Shown one piece after another: positions 28,492 through 36,371 of a DNA stretch of 64,000 nt. The stretch is from Lentisphaeria bacterium UBA1407 (GTDB lineage Bacteria > Verrucomicrobiota > Lentisphaeria > Oligosphaerales > Oligosphaeraceae), in NCBI GenBank assembly GCA_002305655.1, contig DBPZ01000118.1, positions 4,224 to 68,223 on the forward strand, written 5' to 3'. A program made the translations under genes and the position numbers. The notes under the pieces are model-generated. The model saw only the letters and a program-made list of their open reading frames with translations. It made no database searches and was not told where the DNA came from. Numbering within the stretch: position 1 is the first letter of the stretch; each line of letters starts with the position of its first letter.

Positions 28492-29709
28492 ATGTTGAGT
28501 GATGACATTATCGTGGTCGGCGCATTTTCAGACGACCCATTGGCCAGCGATATCGCGGAAAAAATGTGCCAGGAAACCGATATCAGCGATCTTCTGTCAT
28601 ACAAGGACTTTGCAAATAGCGAATTTTGTCCCCGATTCATCATCGCTCCCGACGACATGGATCATATCGGTCGCAGCTTGGAGGGCAAGACCGTCGTTCT
28701 CGTCTCCTCATGCAGTGGCGAGTTGACCAGGAACGCCCGTGCCATGCGGAATTTCCTGATCACCAGGGCCGCCAAGGACAACGGAGCGCAGCGCGTCATC
28801 CTCGTCGAACCCGATCTTTTCTATAGTGCACAGGATCGCGGGCCTAATCAAGATCCCAAGTTGAAACCACGAAAACTCAGGGACTTGAAGAAGTTTGACG
28901 GACAGCCTTTCTCTGCAAAGCTTTATTGCGAGCTTCTTCAGGTCTCCGGGGTTGATTCCGTGATGACGGTCCACAATCACTCCAATGCAGTCTCAAAAAT
29001 GTTTTCCGAAAAATTCGGGGAGGACAACTACTTCAATCTCTCGCCTGCTTCGCTCTACGCCAAATTCCTCGCCGAGGAAGAAGCGGTGATGAGTCCCGAA
29101 AGCTATCGTGGATTTGTGGTTTGCGCTCCCGACAATGGCTCGATTCCATTTGTCGAGGAAGTCCACCAGCATCTGCTTGCCTACGCCAAGGATTTGCCTG
29201 TGACGCCTTCCATGCTTTGGATGGACAAGGAACGAATGTCCGAACGTAGCGTCAGCATGATTTGCCATGAAGACAGCCCTACCAAGATGGATGAAATCGA
29301 AGGGCGAGAAGTCATCGTCTTCGACGATATGGTTCGTACTGGAACAACGATTGCCGCCTGTTGCAGAAGACTTAAGGAAGCACGTGCAAAACGCGTCGTG
29401 TTCGTCGTAACACACTTCAATTCCTCGGCTGAAGTCAAGGAAAATCTTAATGATGCGGCGATTGACGAGATCATCACGACCAATACCCTCCCCAATATCC
29501 TCAACCGAGATCGCCAGGGACGGCTCAGGCGCAAGATGATGATCATGAAAATCGAACGCTGGATCGCAAGCACGCTCCTCAAGGATGCGCTCAAGGTCAG
29601 GGACACGCATTTTGATCGGCTCTATACAATGGACGTGTCCAGAAAGAACCCAAGGTTCTGGAGTACCTTGGATATCCAGCATGAAGGCGACATGAAAGAG
29701 GGATACTGA
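28492..29709 (+). CDS. Ribose-phosphate pyrophosphokinase (Prs)-family protein, atypically long
   Basis: FANSEFCPRF, a YSAQDR-type loop and the PRPP-binding loop VIVFDDMVRTGTTI. 405 aa, with inserts and a ~90-aa C-terminal extension relative to typical Prs. Confidence 0.65.
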   Translation: MLSDDIIVVGAFSDDPLASDIAEKMCQETDISDLLSYKDFANSEFCPRFIIAPDDMDHIGRSLEGKTVVLVSSCSGELTRNARAMRNFLITRAAKDNGAQRVILVEPDLFYSAQDRGPNQDPKLKPRKLRDLKKFDGQPFSAKLYCELLQVSGVDSVMTVHNHSNAVSKMFSEKFGEDNYFNLSPASLYAKFLAEEEAVMSPESYRGFVVCAPDNGSIPFVEEVHQHLLAYAKDLPVTPSMLWMDKERMSERSVSMICHEDSPTKMDEIEGREVIVFDDMVRTGTTIAACCRRLKEARAKRVVFVVTHFNSSAEVKENLNDAAIDEIITTNTLPNILNRDRQGRLRRKMMIMKIERWIASTLLKDALKVRDTHFDRLYTMDVSRKNPRFWSTLDIQHEGDMKEGY

Positions 29710-29895
29710 TCTTATCCGCCTCAATATTTCTCTTTTTCAGCAATCCCTTCAGGATAGTTTCTGACTTCGCCCGTCCAATCCCAGTCACATTTGCCGTGTT
29801 TGCAATCTCGGTCTGCGACAATAGTAATCGGGAGTTGATTTTAGCGACCAATTCACGTTAGGGACAAACTGCAAGGAATTGAAGAGTAAGTCAAG

Positions 29896-31182
29896 ATGCA
29901 ACAGGATGAGAGCGTTTACGAACCGGGACGGAATCTGCCGATTAGCGGTCAAGCGGACGTGATTGTTTGCGGTGCTGGTCCCGCCGGCGTTGCTGCCGCC
30001 TTGGGCGCGGCGAGCTGCGGGGTTTCAGTGATATTGCTGGAATCTTCCGCCATGCCGGGCGGCATCATGACGTCCGGCATGATGCCAAACATCATCGATG
30101 CCAACAACAAAGGCGGCTTTCTGCAAAAAATGATGCATTTTCTCCATGAGACCGGCGCCGCCGGAAGCTACAATGCGTACATGCCGGAAGCAGTCAAGCA
30201 TTATATGGAAAGCAGTCTGGTAAAGGCAGGGGTGAGAATCCGCTATAATACCTTGGTCTGCAATGTGTTAAAGCAAGGTCAGAAGGTGACGGCAGTGATT
30301 GCGGAATCACCCGCTGGAAGGGAAGCCTTCAAGGGAAGAATGTTCATTGATTGCACTGGAAATGGAACAGCTGCCGCTTTAGCTGGCTGCCGATTTGAGT
30401 GTGGCGACCCCCAGACTGGTCAACCCCAGGCGGCTAGCCTTTGCGCTCTTTGTGGAGGCGTCAATGCCGAAGATATCGCCGACTACTTGCGGCGCGAAGG
30501 CGAAAAGGGAAAGCGGCATCTGCTCGCGCAACTGGAAAAAGCAGGCTGCTCGCCAAGCTACCAGAAGCCAACACTCTTCAGGCTTACTAATTACGAATAC
30601 CTGCTGATGTCAAACCATGAACATGGAATCTTTCCTGCTGATGCAGATGGAATCTCAACAGCATTGGTACGGGCAAGAAAAGAAATTTTCAGCCAAATCA
30701 CTGAATTGAAGAAAGTTGCGCCGGAAATGGCAAGCCTTAGCCTGCTTACGACGGCTGCGGCTCTCGGGTTGCGTGAGGGGCGTCGAATCCACGCAATCTA
30801 TAATTTGACGGCGGAGGATTTGATTGAAGGCAGAGCGCAGCCGGACGCTGTTTGTCGAGTGACCTTTGCGGTGGATATTCATCCCTCTACCGCCAACGGT
30901 CAAAGCGGCTATTGCAATGGCGGCATCAAGGTGCGTCCCTATGATGTTCCGCTTCGCTCGCTGATTGCTGCTGATTTAGACAACATGCTGCTGGGCGGTC
31001 GCTGCATCGGGGGCGATTTTTATGCTCATGCATCGTACCGGGTATTGGGGAATGCGATTCCGATTGGCGAAGGCGCAGGCATTTTGGCTGGAGCAGCACT
31101 GCAAAAGAATGTTCTGCCAGTCGATGTAAAGGTGGAAGAATTTTTGGGTTTTGGCGGAAATCCGCATCAAGAAAGAGGATAG
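29896..31182 (+). CDS. FAD-dependent oxidoreductase (FAD_oxidored/GIDA-like family common next to glycan genes)
   Basis: Rossmann dinucleotide motif DVIVCGAGPAGVAAALGAA. 428 aa. Confidence 0.7.
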   Translation: MQQDESVYEPGRNLPISGQADVIVCGAGPAGVAAALGAASCGVSVILLESSAMPGGIMTSGMMPNIIDANNKGGFLQKMMHFLHETGAAGSYNAYMPEAVKHYMESSLVKAGVRIRYNTLVCNVLKQGQKVTAVIAESPAGREAFKGRMFIDCTGNGTAAALAGCRFECGDPQTGQPQAASLCALCGGVNAEDIADYLRREGEKGKRHLLAQLEKAGCSPSYQKPTLFRLTNYEYLLMSNHEHGIFPADADGISTALVRARKEIFSQITELKKVAPEMASLSLLTTAAALGLREGRRIHAIYNLTAEDLIEGRAQPDAVCRVTFAVDIHPSTANGQSGYCNGGIKVRPYDVPLRSLIAADLDNMLLGGRCIGGDFYAHASYRVLGNAIPIGEGAGILAGAALQKNVLPVDVKVEEFLGFGGNPHQERG

Positions 31183-31419
31183 AATCCACAAAAAGGCAAC
31201 AACCGCAAGCGACTGGTGGCAGCAACTTGAGGGAACAACAGGTATCAATAGGGGAGTGATAACAAAATTTTGGCGGATGTATCATCATGCATTTGAAAGT
31301 CTTGAACATCGAAGTATTTTTTATTTTTCACGGTTTTGCTAAAATGTTCAGGCACAAGATTATAAAACTTCAGGGTAGTGTTTTTCAATAGTGGGAAGAT
31401 TATACAGGAGGAAAAATAC

Positions 31420-32880
31420 ATGATGTCTGTGCGCCAACCGTATTTCCATCGCCATATAGACTTTACGTACTTTCTGTGTCGGATTGCATTTCTAATGCTG
31501 ATTGCCATATATACGGCACGAGGCAATGACACAGCACAAGTTCCGCGGCATACCCGTTCGGGGAATTCCATCACATATCATCTCACTGCGGGCTGGAACT
31601 TGGTCAGCATTGCTTTGAACCTTGACCAAAATTCCAAGGAGTTGTTGCAGGGCAAAAAAGCGATGTCCTTGTCTCCTGATGGTGGCACCTACACTATCAG
31701 TGGCTCTTTGGCACTGTCCCAAGCCTGCTGGATCTATTGCCGTTCCGCCGAAACAATCACGCTTACCGGAACCTTGCCTAAATTCTTCGATTTTTTTGCA
31801 ACCCTGAAAAAAGGTTGGAATTTTGTTGGTCCTGTTGTGGACATCTCTTTAAGCGAAGATGGAGCGATCGCCTGGGGATGGAATGGACATTCTTTTTATC
31901 AAACCCAGAACCTGCTTGCCGGACATGGTTACTGGCTATATTGGTCAAGCGATTATGTTGCGCCGCGTGAGGATACTTATCTCATTGTTGACTTGTCCGG
32001 AGGATCGGAAGCGACCAGCTACCCGGTCAGCTACTGCTCCGCCCCGCCGTTGGATGGCTGGACGGACGAGTACAAGGCTACCAAGCTGGTGCTGCGAAGA
32101 ATTCCCGCAGGCACATTCATGATGGGGTCACCTGAAGGCGAGTTGGGACGAGAGGAAAAAGAAATTCAGCATCAGGTGACCCTGACCAAGGACTTCTATG
32201 TGGGGGTATTCGAGGTGACCCAGAAGCAATGGGCGCTGGTGAAAGGCAACTGGCCAAGCTATTTTAACAACCCTGCTTACCGCGATTCACGTCCAGTTGA
32301 AGGAGTCAGCTACCTTCTCATTATGGGAACTGGCAAGGGCTGGGGATGGCCGTCGCCGTTCTATCGTACACCACAGCCCGACTCCTTCCTGGGAGACCTG
32401 AATGACAGAACCGGCTTGGTCTTCAACCTGCCGACTGAAGCGCAATGGGAGTACGCCTGCCGAGCAGGCATCGCAACCGCCTTGAACTCAGATAAGAATT
32501 TGACTGATAAGAATACTTGCCCACGTATGGCTGAGGTCGGGCGATACGCGTGGAATGGTGGAAATCAAGGTTATGCAGCTCCAGCAAGCGACACGGCTTG
32601 GGGCACTGCCAAAGTCGGCAGCTATCTTCCGAATCAATGGGGGCTGTATGACATGCACGGCAACGTCATTGAATGGTGCCTGGATTGGTTTGTGGATGGT
32701 TACCCCGAGGAATCGGTAACGGACCCCGAGGGTGCTGAACGTGGAACATACCGCGTCTGCCGAGGTGGCGCCTGGACGAAGGATGCGCACTACTGCCGCT
32801 CAGCTCAACGCTCCTATTTTGGGCCGACAAATAGCGGAAGCAACTTTTACGGCTTCCGCATCGCGATGATGGCTCCATAG
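31420..32880 (+). CDS. Formylglycine-generating enzyme (SUMF1/FGE-sulfatase domain) family protein with N-terminal unknown domain
   Basis: The C-terminal half has FMMGSP, VTLTKDFYVGVFEVTQKQW, LPTEAQWEYACRAG, GLYDMHGNVIEW and RVCRGGAW. ATG 31420 is preceded by aggagg, and the ORF-track start at 31378 is judged an extension. Confidence 0.8.
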   Translation: MMSVRQPYFHRHIDFTYFLCRIAFLMLIAIYTARGNDTAQVPRHTRSGNSITYHLTAGWNLVSIALNLDQNSKELLQGKKAMSLSPDGGTYTISGSLALSQACWIYCRSAETITLTGTLPKFFDFFATLKKGWNFVGPVVDISLSEDGAIAWGWNGHSFYQTQNLLAGHGYWLYWSSDYVAPREDTYLIVDLSGGSEATSYPVSYCSAPPLDGWTDEYKATKLVLRRIPAGTFMMGSPEGELGREEKEIQHQVTLTKDFYVGVFEVTQKQWALVKGNWPSYFNNPAYRDSRPVEGVSYLLIMGTGKGWGWPSPFYRTPQPDSFLGDLNDRTGLVFNLPTEAQWEYACRAGIATALNSDKNLTDKNTCPRMAEVGRYAWNGGNQGYAAPASDTAWGTAKVGSYLPNQWGLYDMHGNVIEWCLDWFVDGYPEESVTDPEGAERGTYRVCRGGAWTKDAHYCRSAQRSYFGPTNSGSNFYGFRIAMMAP

Positions 32881-33030
32881 TCCCTGCTGTCATTTTCTGC
32901 TGTTTCAGCAATAGCGATGCCGAAATCCATAAAAGGACACGACATGGTTGTGTTCAATTCCAGATGAGCCTTGCATCGCAGCCGTAAGTCGCGATCTTGT
33001 TCTGGTGCTGATGGGGCAGCCGATGTTGCT

Positions 33031-33105
33031 TTCGCGTTGATAGATGCGGACATAGTCGACTTCGAATTCTTTTGGATAGACCATGTCGGGGTCAATCTCT
33101 CCAAT
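33031..33105 (-). pseudogene. Possible remnant of the C-terminus of a GH16/ConA-like glycoside hydrolase
   Basis: The minus-strand frame reads IGEIDPDMVYPKEFEVDYVRIYQRE, the (F/M).VDYVR(V/I)YQ ending typical of GH16-type enzymes. It is bounded by a stop immediately upstream, with no intact N-terminal domain. The match is very short. Confidence 0.3.
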
Positions 33106-33308
33106 TCAGTCGGAATACTGGAAGAGGGCGAGTGGGTTCCAACCCACCATCCCTTGCTAAAAGACATGCAACAACCCCTTGTATAATTTGACAAAAAAGT
33201 ACGTGAGGATACTTTTCAAGATGTCTTTGTTACTGTATGCCTGTAACATTTATGCTGAAATCAAACATTGAGATACCTTAAAGACCATCCTACAAAAGGG
33301 GGCTATCC

Positions 33309-36275
33309 ATGAAACGAATTTGCGTGTTGCTGTTTATCGGAGTGCTGATGGGCGTTGCCCAAGAAGTCGTCAATCCTGCCAAGGCTCCGTTGGTGATTTC
33401 CAACAGCGGCTTTGAGGAAGTCAGTCCTGATGGTCGGGCGTTGGGCTGGGGAGGTTGGTGGCAGCGCGAAGGCAAGGGCAGCGCCACGGTGGTCGATGGC
33501 GGGCATAGTGGCAAGAACGCCATACGTCTTTTCAGCGATGGCGAGAAGGATTGGGCGATCAATGCCTCTCCTATGTTCGACGTCCCTCTGGGAGGCGAAT
33601 ACGAAATCTCCTTCTGGATCAAGGTGACGGAATGGGGCGGAACGCGGATGGATGCCGTACCCTTCAATGGCAAGGAACGGATCAGCTGGTCGATCGGCGG
33701 CACAAGCCCCCCAAAAGAAAATGTAAAGGATTGGCAACAGGTCAAGGGATTCTTCAAGGTCGAGGAACCAATGAACAGAGTCATGTTCAGATTCGTCGGC
33801 GGAGGCATGACTGATGTTCTGATTGACGATGTTGTTGTTCGCCCGCAGCTGATTCCCGTGATTCCTCCGTCCCCGAAGGTTGTCGGTTGGGCGTCAAAAC
33901 CCGTCATAGAGCGGCATGGGCGTTCCGCCATTGCGCAGCCTCTGAAGGATGGCGGCTGGTATATCAGTTGGAGATTGCTTCTGGAAGACCCACAGGATGT
34001 TACGTTCGATGTCTACAGGACCGCCGACGGCAAGACGGTCAAGGCAAATCAGGAACCGATCGCCCAGACCACTGACTTTATAGACTTGGCTGGTTCCGAA
34101 GATGCCACTTATGAGATTCGATCCAGCGTCGGCACCCCATCCAGGGCCAGATCCTTCGCGTTCCATACGGAGGGCTTTAACACTGCGTACCTCACCTTCA
34201 AGCTTTCGGATCCTGCCGCACGTCCAGGCAAGGTGGCGATTGCAGACTTGAACGGCGATGGCGAATTCGACTATGTGGTCATGCATCCGGGTTCAGTCAT
34301 CGATCCTTGGCACGTGTTCTGGAAACCATCCCCCAATACCTTGAAATTGGATGCTTTTTTGGCTGATGGCACCCGCCTGTGGACTCTTGATCGCGGATGG
34401 TCCATCGAACAGGGCATCTGGTACTCGCCATACATCGCCTACGACATTACCGGAGACGGGAAGGCGGAAGTGATCCTCAAGGCCGCCGAGGGCGACAACC
34501 GGAACGAAAAGGGAGCCGTCGAAACCGGTGACGAATGGCTAATGGTACTTGACGGCATGACTGGTCAAGAAATCGCACGTGCCCCATGGCCCAGCCGGGA
34601 TGGATTCACCGGAAACTCGGGCTATAATTTCTACTCCAGGAACCAGCTGGCTGTCGCCAGGCTGGACGGCAAGACGCCCTGCATCATCGCGCTTCGGGGA
34701 ACTTATACCCTCATGAAGGCGGATGCCTGGATGCTTCAGGACGGACAACTCAAAAAACTCTGGTCCTATTCCTCCGAGGATCGTCCCCGCAACCTCCAGG
34801 GACAAGGAGCGCACACCACCATCATCGCCGACCTGGACAATGACGGGCGAGACGAAGTGATCCTGGGCTCCGCCGTCCTGGACGACAACGGCGATCCCCT
34901 TTGGACCACGGGACGTGGGCATCCCGATGGAATCTACTACGGCGAAATCATCCCGCAGCGTCCAGGCATGGAAATGGCTTACGTCATGGAATCAAGGCAA
35001 AGCAAGAACGGAGGGCTCCACGTCTTGGATCCCGTCAACGGAAAGTTCATCTGGCTTCTTGACGAGCCGACTGTGCACGTCCATGGTTCGGGCACCTGCG
35101 CCGACCTGGATCCTCTCTACCCAGGAGTCGAACTGGCAGGCGCTGACGCAGACGGTCACAAGCTCACAGAAAAACGCTGGCTCTTTTCCGCTGATGGACA
35201 GCTTCTTCGAAAGGGAAAAGACATGACCTACGGTTTCGGTGTCACAACCGCCTATTGGGATGCCGACCTCCAGAAGGAAATTGTCCGTGGCTCGCGCATC
35301 CTCAATCCCGATCCCGGTGAAGGGGAAGCTTCGGATCGCATCCTCGGTGGGGTAGTTCAGGTTGCCGATATCATGGGCGATTGGCGTGAGGAAATCATCA
35401 CGGGAATGCCCGGCGAGCTTCGGATTTACTCCACTACTGTTCCAGCCTTCGATCGTCGTGTCACCTTCGCCCAGGACTACACCTATCGCATGCGCATGGT
35501 CACCAATGCCATGGGCTACACCAGCGCAGCACTCACTAGCGAACTGCCATCGGCAACCCATCCAAACCTCAACATCTCATATGATTATCAGGAGAAAACC
35601 CTTCGTGTCGTTGCCACGGCACCTCTGAAACAGGGGTACAAGGGCACCGTAACCATCAATCCAATCGGTGGTTGTACCGTCAGCAAGTCTTCTTTTGAGG
35701 TTGATGTTCCGGCAAACGGTCACGCCCTCGACATAGTCAAGGTCGAGCCTGACATGGAAGGCTTCCGTGGTCTCGCCAAGGCGACACTTGCGATCGTTGG
35801 CGGACCGACTCTCCAAAGCCAGGTTCCCGTCGTATTGCCCGCCAAGAAGCTGGAGGCTGCGGTCTTTGCGGAGGCGGAGGATATAGCGGCGCAACAAGGA
35901 GGCGAAGTCCAAATCCGCACGGACAAGGCGGACATCCAGGGCAAGGCCATTAGCCATTGGGACGATATAGGACATAAAATAACTTGGAAACTCATCGTCA
36001 AAGAGCCGGGCAAATACAGCATTGCCGTTCGATACTGCAACTCAACTGGCTCACGTCGAAAACTGACCTTCGATGGCAAGGACTATGGCGAATTCCAACT
36101 CTTCGGCACTGGAGGGCTTGGAGAGCACCACTCCCATTGGGGTTATTTCGTCCCTGCGCAAAAAGGAAAGAAACTGATCTTCGAACTTAAGCCAGGAACC
36201 TATGACATTAGCCTCGAAAACACCGATGGTGTCCCAACCAATCTTGACTACATCGCCTTGGTCAAGGAAAAGTAA
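33309..36275 (+). CDS. Secreted PL11-like rhamnogalacturonan lyase beta-propeller (FG-GAP-type) flanked by carbohydrate-binding modules
   Basis: Signal peptide present. Ca-binding blades DLNGDGEFDYVV, ITGDGKAEVIL and DLDNDGRDEVILGS. IMGDWREEIITG..LRIYSTTVP..R..F..DYTYRM matches the YesW/PL11 tail (GDWREE..LRIYTTT). The N-terminus is CBM4/9-like and the C-terminus is CBM6/35-like. Confidence 0.65.
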   Translation: MKRICVLLFIGVLMGVAQEVVNPAKAPLVISNSGFEEVSPDGRALGWGGWWQREGKGSATVVDGGHSGKNAIRLFSDGEKDWAINASPMFDVPLGGEYEISFWIKVTEWGGTRMDAVPFNGKERISWSIGGTSPPKENVKDWQQVKGFFKVEEPMNRVMFRFVGGGMTDVLIDDVVVRPQLIPVIPPSPKVVGWASKPVIERHGRSAIAQPLKDGGWYISWRLLLEDPQDVTFDVYRTADGKTVKANQEPIAQTTDFIDLAGSEDATYEIRSSVGTPSRARSFAFHTEGFNTAYLTFKLSDPAARPGKVAIADLNGDGEFDYVVMHPGSVIDPWHVFWKPSPNTLKLDAFLADGTRLWTLDRGWSIEQGIWYSPYIAYDITGDGKAEVILKAAEGDNRNEKGAVETGDEWLMVLDGMTGQEIARAPWPSRDGFTGNSGYNFYSRNQLAVARLDGKTPCIIALRGTYTLMKADAWMLQDGQLKKLWSYSSEDRPRNLQGQGAHTTIIADLDNDGRDEVILGSAVLDDNGDPLWTTGRGHPDGIYYGEIIPQRPGMEMAYVMESRQSKNGGLHVLDPVNGKFIWLLDEPTVHVHGSGTCADLDPLYPGVELAGADADGHKLTEKRWLFSADGQLLRKGKDMTYGFGVTTAYWDADLQKEIVRGSRILNPDPGEGEASDRILGGVVQVADIMGDWREEIITGMPGELRIYSTTVPAFDRRVTFAQDYTYRMRMVTNAMGYTSAALTSELPSATHPNLNISYDYQEKTLRVVATAPLKQGYKGTVTINPIGGCTVSKSSFEVDVPANGHALDIVKVEPDMEGFRGLAKATLAIVGGPTLQSQVPVVLPAKKLEAAVFAEAEDIAAQQGGEVQIRTDKADIQGKAISHWDDIGHKITWKLIVKEPGKYSIAVRYCNSTGSRRKLTFDGKDYGEFQLFGTGGLGEHHSHWGYFVPAQKGKKLIFELKPGTYDISLENTDGVPTNLDYIALVKEK

Positions 36276-36291
36276 GGCGGCATAGTAACCT

Positions 36292-36322
36292 CAGGTACGA
36301 GGGTCGGATGCGCTCGTACCTG
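36292..36322. terminator. Hairpin between convergent genes (PL11-like and ftsK)
   Basis: caggtacgag (36292-36301) pairs with ctcgtacctg (36313-36322), a 10-bp perfect stem with an 11-nt loop. There is no clear U-tract on either strand. Confidence 0.4.
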
Positions 36323-36371
36323 ATAGTCGTCTCTTGATAAGGTTGCATTGGTTATGGGAATGGGTATTCGG

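Noticed and set aside
29597-29851. 84-aa minus-strand ORF whose first ~45 aa look like a helix-turn-helix (SQTEIANTANVTGIGRAKSETILKGLLKK)
   Set aside because: It has no credible start or N-terminal domain. The second half is antisense to the Prs-like gene. At best it is a decayed fragment of a regulator, and the evidence is too thin to call a pseudogene.
31420-33308. Diversity-generating retroelement targeting the FGE/C-type-lectin-fold C-terminus (RVCRGGAWTKDAHYCRSAQRSYFGPTNSGSNFYGFRI)
   Set aside because: DGR variable regions often sit in this fold. However, I find no template-repeat copy of the 3' ~120 nt in the downstream 430 bp, no reverse transcriptase and no accessory gene nearby.
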